Source of the DNA: Candidatus Latescibacterota bacterium | Lineage (GTDB): Bacteria; Latescibacterota; UBA2968; GCA-2709665 | Assembly (NCBI GenBank): GCA_965222075.1 | Contig: OZ244937.1 | Coordinates: 5,088,001 to 5,152,000 of the forward strand | DNA: 64,000 nt | Direction of reading: 5' to 3' | Part shown: piece after piece, positions 30,627 through 40,403 of the stretch | Layout of the letters: every line of letters begins with the position of its first letter | Numbering within the stretch: the first letter of the stretch is position 1 | Made by a program: the position numbers and the translations under genes | The notes under the pieces: generated by a model | What the model saw: the letters and a program-made list of their open reading frames with translations, nothing else | What the model was told of the DNA's origin: nothing | Databases searched by the model: none

Positions 30627-30718
30627 CTGCTGAACCAGGACGATCAATGGACAACACCTTTCGAGGTGTTTCAGCTTCCGCAGTGAGGCAGCGGTTGATC
30701 CTGGACTGTTTGTTGACA

Positions 30719-30798
30719 GGCGGGCGAGACCTGTCTGCCTGCTTGCGCGCTGCGCGCAGGCAAGCGTGCGACGCACAGGCAGGCGCCCGCGCTCCCAG
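30719..30798. repeat. Nested palindromic mini-elements (REP-like)
   Basis: GCGGGCGAGAC..CGCCCGCGCTCCCAG interrupted by CCTGTCTGC..GCACAGGCAGG, itself interrupted by CTGCTTGCGCGCTGCGCGCAGGCAAG. Confidence 0.65.
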
Positions 30799-30848
30799 GG
30801 ACAACGGTGGCGTCTGATGGATGATGCCTCAGGAGGGAATAGGAGTAG

Positions 30849-31946
30849 ATGCTGAAGGTCGTTGACGGTGGCATTCTTTCCCGGCAGCCCGGGCGGGGGG
30901 CTTTTATGCCGGCGATCACCCCGCTTTCGGACGAGAGCTTGATTGCCTGCCAGCACGTGGGAGAGGGGCTGGGCACTGCGGACAACCATATCGAAGTCCT
31001 GCGCTCGACCGATGGGGCCGCGACGTGGGTGAACGAGGGCAGCATCGGAGGGCCGCCTGCAGACGGGTGGAGCTACCGGGGGCCGCACATCAGTGCGGTG
31101 CCGGACGGCCGGCTGGTGATGACCGCGACCCGGTTCGAGACGCGGGGCGAGAAGCTGTTCGATCCCGAATCCGAGGTGCTGCAGCGCCCGGAGATGCTGC
31201 TGTTCTGGTCGGAGGACGCGGGACACACCTGGTCGGCGCCGCAGGTCGTGTCGGTGGACCTGCCTCCGGAGAAGTACACCTGGAACGGAGCCGGTGTGCT
31301 CCTTCAGCTCGCTCCGGACCGGTGGATGAATCCGCTGGAGACGTGGAAGCCGGAAGGGTATGCGGGCCCTCCCGATCAGAAGGCGGCGGCGGTTTTTTCC
31401 ACGGACCAGGGGCAGACATGGGGGGAATTTACGGTGGTGGCGGACGATGCGACCGGTGCATTGCTCTGGTGGGACCAGATGTGTACGTTGCTGCCGGACG
31501 GGAGGATCTATACGATGCTGTGGACGCACCGGTACGGGACCTCCGAGGACCTGCCCAACCACTGGACCGTCTCGGAAGACGGGGGCCGCACCTGGTCCGA
31601 GCCCCGGCCCACAAACCTGCGCGGACAGGTCTGCGCGCCCATAGCGCTGGCCGACGGGCGGGTGGCGGCGATCTACAACTTCCGGCATGAGCCGCAGGGC
31701 ATCCGAGTGGCTCTGAGCGAAGATCTGGAACAGTTTGATGTGAGGCGTGAGGTTGTGGTGTTCGACGCGGGGGCCGAGGCGACCCTGGGGGAGCCTGAGA
31801 CCGATAATTTCCTGGCCGAACATATGCAGATCGCGTTTGGCAAACCCGGTGGGATCCGCCTCGTCGACGGAGATTTGATGACGTATTTCTGGTGTACGGT
31901 TGGAGGCGTCACGCATACGCGTTGGGCGAGGCTGAGGATAGATTAG
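30849..31946 (+). CDS. Sialidase/BNR-repeat family protein
   Basis: Asp-boxes STDGAATW, SEDAGHTW, STDQGQTW, SEDGGRTW. Confidence 0.85.
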   Translation: MLKVVDGGILSRQPGRGAFMPAITPLSDESLIACQHVGEGLGTADNHIEVLRSTDGAATWVNEGSIGGPPADGWSYRGPHISAVPDGRLVMTATRFETRGEKLFDPESEVLQRPEMLLFWSEDAGHTWSAPQVVSVDLPPEKYTWNGAGVLLQLAPDRWMNPLETWKPEGYAGPPDQKAAAVFSTDQGQTWGEFTVVADDATGALLWWDQMCTLLPDGRIYTMLWTHRYGTSEDLPNHWTVSEDGGRTWSEPRPTNLRGQVCAPIALADGRVAAIYNFRHEPQGIRVALSEDLEQFDVRREVVVFDAGAEATLGEPETDNFLAEHMQIAFGKPGGIRLVDGDLMTYFWCTVGGVTHTRWARLRID

Positions 31947-32007
31947 AGCTGCAGTCCGGCCGATCGGAGCATACGAATACGATAACAGATCCAGGGGGAT
32001 TAAGGTT

Positions 32008-33087
32008 ATGGTAGGAGACGAACAGATTGAAACCCGGGTGGCCGCCGACAGGTTGGAGCGGTTCGTGCACGACCTGTTCCAGGCAGCAGGCGTCCCCGGG
32101 GACGACGCGGAAACGATTGCCCGTACAATTATCAACCAGGAGATCCGGGGCAACACGACCCACGGGCTGCGGCTTGTCCATTTCAATCTGCGGGGGCTGG
32201 CCGATGGGACGATTCGCGCCAATCCCGTCCAGCCGCTCCTGAGCGATCGGGGCATGACGGCGGTAATCGAAGGGGACCATGGGGTGGGCATTGTCGGCTG
32301 TATGGAGGCGATGCGCCTGGCGATCCAAAAGGCCGGCGAGGGAGGCATCGGCATCGTTCTGATCGTTCGAAACAACCATTTTGTGGCGGCGACTCCCTAT
32401 TGTCTGGAAGCGGCGAACGCCGGCATGATCGGGATTGTGTTCTCCAACACCAAGGCGGCCATGGGCTATCCCGGCGCCCGAGGATCGGTTATCGGCAACA
32501 CGCCCATCGGGTTCGGCATTCCGACTGCCGGCGGATTCCCGATCCTGTTCGACGCATGTCTGACGACTTCGGGAGGGAAGCTGAGACAATGGATTCGTGA
32601 GGGCAAGCGTATTCCCGCCTATCTGCAGGGGACAGACCCTGACGGCCGACCGACCGACGATCCGGAGGCGGTGCTTGTTGGCGGCACGCCGATGCCGATC
32701 GGCGGCCACAAGGGCGCGGGGCTGGCCATTCTGGTGGAGGTGTTGACCGGCGTGCTGGGCGGCGCGGCTTTTCTGAGCGAAATAACGCCTCGCGATCAGG
32801 TGGACCGGACGGACAAGACCCACGCTGTCAGCCATTGCTGCATTGCCATCGACGTCGAGGCGTTTATGCCCATGACGGAATTCGAAGCGCGGATGGCGGA
32901 TTTTATCGCGGACCTCAAGGACAATCCGTTGGACGATGAGACCGAAGAGATCCGATTGCCCGGGGAAAGAATGGAACGGACCAGGCGGGAATGCGAGGTC
33001 CACGGAATTCCACTGGAGCCGGATGTGCAGGAGGAACTGGAGGCGTGGGCGCAAAAGTTGGGTGTGCGTTTCCCCGATGCTGTATAG
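32008..33087 (+). CDS. Ldh_2 family (malate/L-lactate/ureidoglycolate dehydrogenase-like) oxidoreductase
   Basis: RGNTTHG, RNNHF, GNTPI, GGHKGAGL, RLPGE. Confidence 0.88.
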   Translation: MVGDEQIETRVAADRLERFVHDLFQAAGVPGDDAETIARTIINQEIRGNTTHGLRLVHFNLRGLADGTIRANPVQPLLSDRGMTAVIEGDHGVGIVGCMEAMRLAIQKAGEGGIGIVLIVRNNHFVAATPYCLEAANAGMIGIVFSNTKAAMGYPGARGSVIGNTPIGFGIPTAGGFPILFDACLTTSGGKLRQWIREGKRIPAYLQGTDPDGRPTDDPEAVLVGGTPMPIGGHKGAGLAILVEVLTGVLGGAAFLSEITPRDQVDRTDKTHAVSHCCIAIDVEAFMPMTEFEARMADFIADLKDNPLDDETEEIRLPGERMERTRRECEVHGIPLEPDVQEELEAWAQKLGVRFPDAV

Positions 33088-33108
33088 ATCAACACAATGC
33101 GAGGAAGA

Positions 33109-33604
33109 ATGGACGATAAACACCGGATTCGCGGCGCGACTGAAGGTGATCTGGACCGGATAGGCGAGATTATCCGTCAGGCGTGGGAGCCGATTTTCGC
33201 GTTGCACGAAGAGAACTGGGGCGGGGAGCTGTTCAGTCCTGTATGCGAACTGGGCGGAGAACATAAAGGCCAATGTAGGACGTCACATGGCGGAGAACCC
33301 GGACTGGATTTTCGTGGTGGAGTCATGCGAGACCGGCGAGGTGATGGCGTTTATCGCGTATCTGCTGGACAGGGAAAGAAGCATGGGAACGGTCGGCCTC
33401 AACGCCGTTGCAGCCGAGTTTCAGAGGCAGGGAATCGGGACGATGATGTACGACTTCGTTCTGAGTCGGTTCCGGGAAGCGGGACTCAAGTACGCCCAGG
33501 TGCGAACCGGTTTGAACGATGCGCAGGCCGCCGCCCGGAGGGCCTACGAGAAGGCGGGGTTCAATATCGCGCGGAAAGAGGTCACGTATTACACCTATCT
33601 GTAG
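33109..33604 (+). pseudogene. GNAT acetyltransferase, frameshifted near 33240
   Basis: N-terminus RIRGATEGDLDRI in one frame; NAVAAEFQRQGIG...ARRAYEKAGF in the next frame. Confidence 0.75.
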
Positions 33605-33872
33605 TTTATGTGAAATCGGATTGGCGACACTTGTAACCGTGTACTGGCCGCCTAAACCGCCATTCAGCGAAGAGCCTTTTACGCTTATGAACGAGATCAT
33701 TCAAAATCGCATCTGATTCGCGGTCTTTCCTTTTCTCGCGTGGAGCTTGGGATCTTCACGAATACAAGAAAGTAGGAGTGGTTCTTTCTCGCGTGGACCT
33801 GTTTGAGAACGCGGCTCATTCCAGGTTTGTAGATGTGCACAGGATGCACCGGTGAAGGCGCTATCGGCTGAC

Positions 33873-34146
33873 TCACTCATTGAAGAGATCGGAATGGGAG
33901 CCGGTGCGAACCAGGTGCAGCTCGTCTCTTTCGACGCGGTAAATCAATAGCCAGTCCGGCTCGATATGAGCCTCCCGGTACACCCTTCCAAATCCCCCGT
34001 AGGCGGTGGTCGCGATAGCGCGTGGATAACGGCACCCGGTGAATCAGCAACGCCAGCAGCGTCCTGAGTTTGCCCAGATCTTTTCTACGCGCCCTGGCTC
34101 TTCTTACGTCACGTTTGAACTGCGAGGACCGAACGAGAGCCAGCAT
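33873..34146 (-). pseudogene. yafQ: YafQ-family toxin with +1 frameshift
   Basis: SSQFKRD..YRDHRLRG.WKG then, after one extra base near 33981, YREAHIEPDWLLIY..RTGSHSDLF. Confidence 0.85.
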
Positions 34147-34147
34147 G

Positions 34148-34405
34148 TCAAATGTCAAGATCCCGGAACAGTTTTTCGGCACTGCCGAATCGCTTGCCCT
34201 TTCCCTCGTCCAGTTCCGCCATCGCTTTAGCGGTGGTGGGATTCGGGACTTGTACGGCGAATGGCAGTCGTTTCTCGTCAGCCACTCGCAGCAACAGCAG
34301 GCGGATCGCATCGGATACTGAGAGGCCCATAGCATGAAGCGCTTCGGTGGCCCGCGCCTTTGTATCGCTGTCGATCCGGGCACGTACGACGGTATCGTTG
34401 CCCAT
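34148..34405 (-). CDS. dinJ: RelB/DinJ family antitoxin
   Basis: VVRARID..K..A...L..MGLSVSDAIRLLL...LPF...PN..T; GGAGG RBS. Confidence 0.9.
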   Translation of the reverse strand: MGNDTVVRARIDSDTKARATEALHAMGLSVSDAIRLLLLRVADEKRLPFAVQVPNPTTAKAMAELDEGKGKRFGSAEKLFRDLDI

Positions 34406-34424
34406 ATTTTCAACCTCCGGAAAT

Positions 34425-34463
34425 TTGTAGTTACAATGTAGCCACAATGCCAAAAATTGTCAA
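34425..34463 (-). promoter_or_regulatory. dinJ-yafQ promoter with overlapping palindromic operator
   Basis: Minus strand TTGACA-17 bp-TACATT; near-palindrome TTGTAGTTACAA overlapping the -10 region. Confidence 0.7.
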
Positions 34464-34514
34464 GTAAGAATCCGGTCGGCTTTAACTCGGAGCGATCGTA
34501 GAAAGGGGGCGGGT

Positions 34515-35582
34515 TTGGAAAAGTACACATTTCGTGGAGGCCCCGCCGAAGCGGGACGGGCGCAGGGTGCGCTCAATCCCGAATATGCCCGGCGGGAGTT
34601 GGCGCGAAGGTTGAAACAGCCCCAGGACTTTGAGGATAGGTACTTCCGCCAGAACATATCCTTCATGCGCCGGGAATTCCCGGAACTGGTGACGCAGATG
34701 GAGGCATACGGCGAGTCGGCAGGGATCGAAGACTTCGACCATACGTTTCTGCTGCATGTCTACTTCACCGCCGCCGACCTGGACGGATGTTCGGCGTTCG
34801 GGCTTCTGCTGAAGGACGATGGGCCCGCAATGTTGAGGACCTACGATACGAGTTCGGTCAGCAGGGTTGAGGATTTCGTGAAGGACAAAATCCTGATGGG
34901 ACTGCCGGACTGCAGGCCGCACGGGCTGGCCGGCATCGGGGAGCGGTTCGGGGTCACGGTCGGCACGGCGATCAACGACGCCGGGCTGCTGGTGGGCTGC
35001 GCTTCGGGTCACCGGAAATTCAATCCGGGCGCCAACCCCGAACACGTCAATCTCTATTTCACCACGCACCTGCTCGCCCAATATTGCTCCGACTGCGGCG
35101 ACGTGCGGCATTTCCTCCGGGAGTACCGGATCTCGGGCATCAAGGGACTCACGGGCGTGGCCGTGGACGCGGAGGGAGATATGGTCGGGTTTGAACTGGA
35201 ATCGGCGAACATCGCGCTGCGGGAGTCCGAAAACGGAATGGTGATCGAGACCAACCACTGGCAGGACCCGGACCTCCAGCGCCCGTCGCGCGAGGCTGAT
35301 CCGGACTGGTGGGCGAGCGCCTCGTACTACAACTCCCAGAACAGGATCCAGTACCTGGCCTGCCACCGGGATGCGTTCGAAAAAATGCGTACCGTGAGCG
35401 AACTGACCGATTTTTCGTTCGACGTGCACGCGCCGGGCAGAATTCTGCAGAGCCCGGAAACCAATATCGGAAGCTGGTTCACCACCCACGGGATTTTTAT
35501 GACGTCGCGAGACCGGAAGATACGCGTGCACCGGTATCCGCTGGAGAAGGACCGGTTCACGGAAATGGGGTATGGAGAGTGA
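34515..35582 (+). CDS. C45 family (Ntn-hydrolase) peptidase/acyltransferase
   Basis: DGCS putative autocleavage nucleophile, AINDAGL, ETNH. Confidence 0.7.
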   Translation: MEKYTFRGGPAEAGRAQGALNPEYARRELARRLKQPQDFEDRYFRQNISFMRREFPELVTQMEAYGESAGIEDFDHTFLLHVYFTAADLDGCSAFGLLLKDDGPAMLRTYDTSSVSRVEDFVKDKILMGLPDCRPHGLAGIGERFGVTVGTAINDAGLLVGCASGHRKFNPGANPEHVNLYFTTHLLAQYCSDCGDVRHFLREYRISGIKGLTGVAVDAEGDMVGFELESANIALRESENGMVIETNHWQDPDLQRPSREADPDWWASASYYNSQNRIQYLACHRDAFEKMRTVSELTDFSFDVHAPGRILQSPETNIGSWFTTHGIFMTSRDRKIRVHRYPLEKDRFTEMGYGE

Positions 35583-35623
35583 CGGATAGCACAACGAACT
35601 GCGAAACGGGAGGTAAAACGCCA

Positions 35624-37150
35624 ATGACGGAGAATTCAAATGTGGCCGGGAACGTGGACAGGATGAACACGAATGCTGGCAGCGCGGACGGTTTCCTGCT
35701 GATGGAAGGAATCGAGTCCGTACATCACGTGACGCAAACCGTGTGCGAGGCGGAGAAACATCCGCTCAATCCCGTGCTTCCGGTGGGCGACTCGCACGAG
35801 TGGGATTCGACGCACTGCGCGCCCTGGTCGTCGCCCACGGTGATCTACGACGACGAGGATAAACTCTTCAAGGCCTGGTACGCGGGTTCGGACATCGCGC
35901 CCACACGGTGGTGGGCAACCGGCTACGCCATCAGCGAGGATGGGGTCAACTGGCACAAGCCCGTGCTGGGTCTGCACGAGTACAACGGGAGCAAGAAAAA
36001 CAACATCGTCCTGGACGGGCGGGGCCCGATCATCAAAGATGACACGGAGCCGGACCCGAACAAGCGATTCAAAGGGATCAAGCGCAGCTTCGCGGGGCAG
36101 GGCTATGCTGGGCGAGGCGCTCGTGCCAACTACTCACCAGATGGCATCCACTGGACCGAAGGCCCCAAGATCGACCTGCCAGAGTGGTTCCGCGGCCCTC
36201 CGGACATCGGCGTGCTCGTCCGCGACGATCAGGATCCCGACCCCTCACGGCGGTACAAGACCGTCTTTCAGGAGATGGTGCCGTTCGACAAGCCGGATAT
36301 AAAGCGCTTCGCAGAACGATACCGAGGACTCGGACGCGCCAAGATTCTGGCGTACGGCCCGGACATCGAGCACTTTCGAAGGGCGGACGAGAACCCGCTG
36401 ATTTCCCCGGCCGACGGCCTCGAGTACGAGGACCACCACATCATGATGTCGCCGTACGGAGGCGCGTGGATCATCTGCTACGAGTACGGCTGGTACGTGC
36501 CGAACCGCTACGGCTTCTACGGCATGTATGCGGCCGACGTGCGCCTGGCCGTGAGCGGGGACGGGCTCAATTTCGATCGGGTGAATCCGCACCAGAAGGT
36601 CATCAGTCGCGGCGCGCATACGGAGTGGGACGGGGGGCTGCTCATCATTACGGATAAGCCGGTTGTCAAGGACGGGACCATCTACCTGTTCTATGGCGGG
36701 TCGGGCGAAGACTTCACGAGTTGGCCCCCGGAGAACGAGATCCCGGAGTTCAGGCATGAGATGGGGAGTGGGAGCGCGCGCCTCGCACGGATGGGTCTGG
36801 CGACGCTTCGCGAGGATGGCTTCACGTGCCTTGAGACTCCCGACCGCGAGACTCCAGGCCATGCAACAACAACGCCACTGGAGCTGAGCGATCGATTGAC
36901 CACGCTCACGGTGAACGTAGGAGACGTTCGGCAAAACCGTAATTGGATCGAGGTTGAAGTCCTCGACGCGGATTCCGGCGAGCCGATCCCAGGCTTCGAA
37001 TGCACCGACTGCAACGATATCTTTGTCGACGGACTGCGTCGCCCCGTCGAATGGGGCGAGAAGCGTCTCGCCGATATCGATCGGAACCGGTTCAAGCTGC
37101 GTTTCTGGCTGTACGGCACCGCCCGGCTCTACGGATACAGATTCGTCTGA
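35624..37150 (+). CDS. Beta-propeller glycoside-hydrolase-like protein with C-terminal beta-sandwich
   Basis: KHPLNPVL, YAISEDGVNWHKP, DPNKRFK, GLATLREDGF, LYGYRF; GGAGG RBS. Confidence 0.75.
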   Translation: MTENSNVAGNVDRMNTNAGSADGFLLMEGIESVHHVTQTVCEAEKHPLNPVLPVGDSHEWDSTHCAPWSSPTVIYDDEDKLFKAWYAGSDIAPTRWWATGYAISEDGVNWHKPVLGLHEYNGSKKNNIVLDGRGPIIKDDTEPDPNKRFKGIKRSFAGQGYAGRGARANYSPDGIHWTEGPKIDLPEWFRGPPDIGVLVRDDQDPDPSRRYKTVFQEMVPFDKPDIKRFAERYRGLGRAKILAYGPDIEHFRRADENPLISPADGLEYEDHHIMMSPYGGAWIICYEYGWYVPNRYGFYGMYAADVRLAVSGDGLNFDRVNPHQKVISRGAHTEWDGGLLIITDKPVVKDGTIYLFYGGSGEDFTSWPPENEIPEFRHEMGSGSARLARMGLATLREDGFTCLETPDRETPGHATTTPLELSDRLTTLTVNVGDVRQNRNWIEVEVLDADSGEPIPGFECTDCNDIFVDGLRRPVEWGEKRLADIDRNRFKLRFWLYGTARLYGYRFV

Positions 37151-37203
37151 TCGGTGGCCCTGGCGTCGCCCGGCACCAGGCGGAATAACAGGGGGGAATT
37201 CCA

Positions 37204-39033
37204 TTGGATGAGAAACAGACTCAGGATGTGATTGTGGTCAGGGATGTGATGGTCCCGATGCGGGACGGGGTGCGCCTGGCCACGGATCTCTACTTACCGG
37301 GAAAGGATATGCGCCAACTGGAAGGGACGTTTCCCGCTGTTCTGGACAGGACGCCGTATAACAAGAAAGGCGGTGCGGAGATTGCGAGTTTTTTCGCGCG
37401 TCACGGCTATCTGTCGGTCGTGCAGGACTGCCGGGGACGCTACGGTTCCGGGGGCGTGTTCTTTCCGTTCAGAGACGATCCGGAGGACGGGTTCGACACG
37501 ATTGAGTGGATCGCCAATCACGCGTTGTGCAATGGGAAGGTGGGAATGTACGGGTGTTCTCACGATGCGTGGGTGCAGTTTCACGCAGCCACCCAGAATC
37601 CCCCGGCGCTGGCTACGATGATCCCGTTTGAAGGGCCGATCAATGCCTATCATTACAGCATGCGCGAGGGCGGCGCCCTGCATCTGGGGCTTTTGAACTG
37701 GGCGGTTCGGATGTCGACCACCAGCCATGAGGCACAGGCGGACCCTGCGATTGCCGAAGCCATACGGCCGATGTCGACCGACGGGCGGCACTTTCTGGAA
37801 TGGGCTTCCCGCATCCCCTGGAGGCGTGGCCAGACCCCTCTGGCGATGGTACCCCAATACGAAGACGTGGTTTTTCAGCTTTATTTCGAGAATAACGATT
37901 ATACGGAATTCTGGCGGCAGCCGGGCTTTGCCATGGATGAGTATTTCGATTCGTTTCCGGACATGCCCATCCTCTGGATGGTGGGCTGGTTCGACTGGTA
38001 TCCGAGGACGATTATTGATGGGTTTCAGAAGATGGTGAAGATGAACCGGAAGCACCAGCATCTGCTGGTGGGTCCCTGGACGCACGGCAACTGTCATCCA
38101 TCCTGTGGGGATGTGCACTTCGGGTCGGAGGGGGGTCTCCATTTCCACGAGGATTTTCTTCACCTCTATCTGGAGTGGTTCAATCGCTGGTTGAAGGAGG
38201 ATCCGACCGCAGATGTGGGCAGTGCGGTGCGGATGTTCCAGATGGGCGGGGGGGATGGCAGCCGGGACAGGGAGGGATTTTTGAACCACGGGGGGACGTG
38301 GTGCTGCGGTGAGGTCTGGCCGCCGGAGGGCTCGCGGTCGACACCGTTCTACATCCACGAAAACGGGAGCTTGTCGTCCGAAGAACCCTCTGAGGAAAGC
38401 GCATCAACGACGTATACCTACGATCCGCGCAATACGGTTTCCAGCAACGGCCGCTGTATTATCCCTTATGGTCCGATGAAGGAGGGATGGTTCAAAGGGA
38501 TGGGGCCTCGCGATCAGATCGAGATTGAGACCCTGCCCGGACACGGCATTCCGGGGATGCCGATCGCCTCCCGGCCCGATGTGCTGGTTTTTCAGACTGC
38601 TCCATTGAACGCAGATGTCTCAATTGCAGGGAACATCAAGGGGGTTCTGTGGATATCGTCGGACGCGCCGGATACGGACTTTTTTATGAAACTGGTCGAT
38701 GTGTATCCGTCCAGTCTCGATGATCCGACGGGCTATGGTTTTCCGGTTTCCGAGGGCATTCTGCGTGTGCGCTATCGGGATAGCTGGGAACATCCAAGCC
38801 CGATGCAACCCGGAACCGTGTACCGGATCGAAATCGACATGCAGCCGTCCGCCAACCTCTTCAAAGCAGGCCATCGCATCCGTCTGGATATCTGCAGCAG
38901 CAACTTTCCCAACTACGATATCAACCGGAACACGGGTGACCCGGATGACAGGGCGTGGCGAATCGCACAGAATACGGTTTACCATGAGGCTGGACACGCC
39001 TCTTATATCGAGTTGCCCATCCGGACGGTGTGA
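37204..39033 (+). CDS. CocE/NonD family hydrolase (peptidase S15)
   Basis: MRDGVRLATD, RTPY, QDCRGR, GCSH elbow, GWFD, GPWTH, SSNFP. Confidence 0.9.
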   Translation: MDEKQTQDVIVVRDVMVPMRDGVRLATDLYLPGKDMRQLEGTFPAVLDRTPYNKKGGAEIASFFARHGYLSVVQDCRGRYGSGGVFFPFRDDPEDGFDTIEWIANHALCNGKVGMYGCSHDAWVQFHAATQNPPALATMIPFEGPINAYHYSMREGGALHLGLLNWAVRMSTTSHEAQADPAIAEAIRPMSTDGRHFLEWASRIPWRRGQTPLAMVPQYEDVVFQLYFENNDYTEFWRQPGFAMDEYFDSFPDMPILWMVGWFDWYPRTIIDGFQKMVKMNRKHQHLLVGPWTHGNCHPSCGDVHFGSEGGLHFHEDFLHLYLEWFNRWLKEDPTADVGSAVRMFQMGGGDGSRDREGFLNHGGTWCCGEVWPPEGSRSTPFYIHENGSLSSEEPSEESASTTYTYDPRNTVSSNGRCIIPYGPMKEGWFKGMGPRDQIEIETLPGHGIPGMPIASRPDVLVFQTAPLNADVSIAGNIKGVLWISSDAPDTDFFMKLVDVYPSSLDDPTGYGFPVSEGILRVRYRDSWEHPSPMQPGTVYRIEIDMQPSANLFKAGHRIRLDICSSNFPNYDINRNTGDPDDRAWRIAQNTVYHEAGHASYIELPIRTV

Positions 39034-39039
39034 TGGGGT

Positions 39040-39314
39040 CTCCGTCATCCGCAACCCCTCCACACCCTTCCCATGCCTTCGGCGAGGCCTTTTTCTTGTT
39101 CGCCCAAGAAAAAGGCCGAAAAAGAAAGAAGCTCAAACTGGCCGCTGGTGCGATGGTGCTGCTTTTCCGCGAATTGCCCCTGTGGTGGAAGCGGAAGCTC
39201 CTGTCTGCCGTGCCGGGCACGGCACAGGCAGGTCTCGGACCTTTGGGGCGTTTTTGGGCGATGGTGCTGGAGGGAACCGCGCGGAAAAGCCCCTTCCCCC
39301 CGTCCCAAAAGCGC
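39040..39314. repeat. Structured intergenic element (MITE/REP-like) with embedded CCTGTCTGC..CAGGCAGG hairpin
   Basis: Several inverted repeats (GGCCTTTTTCTTG/CAAGAAAAAGGCC; GCGTTTTTGGG/CCCAAAAGCGC) and a palindrome at 39200-39232. Confidence 0.55.
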
Positions 39315-39328
39315 GGGAGGTGAGACAC

Positions 39329-40363
39329 GTGACCGGAGAAATTGCAGGCAGAAAGCTTCTCTGCCTGGACATGATGGAAGAACCCTTCGCAGTGTCGGGC
39401 TTTGCCTGGCTGGATCAGGAACGGAGGTTCTGCCGGCTGCCAGTGGACGCTTTGCCTGACATGAGCGAGGCCGTCCGGACGCTGGCCTGGCACACCCCGG
39501 GCGGTATGGGTCGTTTCAGGACAGATTCCAGCACGATCGCCATCAAGGTGGAACTGCCGACAGTCGTTGATATGTCACACATGCCGCGGACCGGAAATTC
39601 CGGATTCGACCTTTATCTGGGCGGTGGGAAAGAGAAGAGGTTCCTGAACACCGCCAGACCGCGCACAAATGAGCCGGTGTATGAGGCGCTTCTGGTCGAT
39701 GGCCTGGATAGAGGCATGCGTGAGTGGACGCTGAATTTCCCGCTTTACAACGGCGTCAACCGGGTTCTGGTGGGCCTGGATGCAGACGCGGAAGTCGAAC
39801 CGCCTTCGCCGTTCACAGTTGAGAAGCCGCTTCTCTTCTACGGATCGTCGATCACGCAGGGAGGCTGTGCGTCCCGGCCGGGGAACGCCTACACCCACAT
39901 CCTGGCGCGGTGGCTGGATGCGAACCTGGTCAACCTCGGATTCAGTGGGGGCGCGAAGGGGGAGCCGGGCATGGCCCGCCTGATTGCGACGATGGACATG
40001 AGCGTCTTTATTATGGATTACGATTACAATGCGCCGTCGGCGGAGCATTTGGAGCAGACCCACGAGGCGTTCTTCCGGATTGTGAGAGAGGCCCGTCCCG
40101 AGCTTCCCGCTGTAATCGTTTCGAGTCCGTCAGTTGATACCAATCCATCACGCTGGGTGGAGAGACGGGAAATCGTTCGCAGGACGTACGAGAATGCCGT
40201 GAGACGGGGGGACAGCAAGGTCTGGTTTGTGGATGGGGAGACCCTGTTCGGCACAACCGATCGGGATGGCTGTACGGTTGACGGGTGCCACCCGAACGAC
40301 CTGGGGTTTTTGCGCATGGCCAAAGCGATTCGTTCGTCGGTTGAGGCCGCTCTGGATGGTTGA
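39329..40363 (+). CDS. SGNH/GDSL hydrolase family protein
   Basis: YGSSITQG, NLGFSG, DYN, DGCHPNDLG; GGAGG RBS before GTG 39329. Confidence 0.88.
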   Translation: MTGEIAGRKLLCLDMMEEPFAVSGFAWLDQERRFCRLPVDALPDMSEAVRTLAWHTPGGMGRFRTDSSTIAIKVELPTVVDMSHMPRTGNSGFDLYLGGGKEKRFLNTARPRTNEPVYEALLVDGLDRGMREWTLNFPLYNGVNRVLVGLDADAEVEPPSPFTVEKPLLFYGSSITQGGCASRPGNAYTHILARWLDANLVNLGFSGGAKGEPGMARLIATMDMSVFIMDYDYNAPSAEHLEQTHEAFFRIVREARPELPAVIVSSPSVDTNPSRWVERREIVRRTYENAVRRGDSKVWFVDGETLFGTTDRDGCTVDGCHPNDLGFLRMAKAIRSSVEAALDG

Positions 40364-40403
40364 CGGCCTCCGAGAACCCGGACTTGTTGGGGGTGTGCGT
40401 GCT

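Noticed and set aside
33877-34530. 217-aa minus-strand ORF as a single gene
   Set aside because: It is a read-through artefact: an alternative frame over dinJ plus the first half of the frameshifted yafQ.
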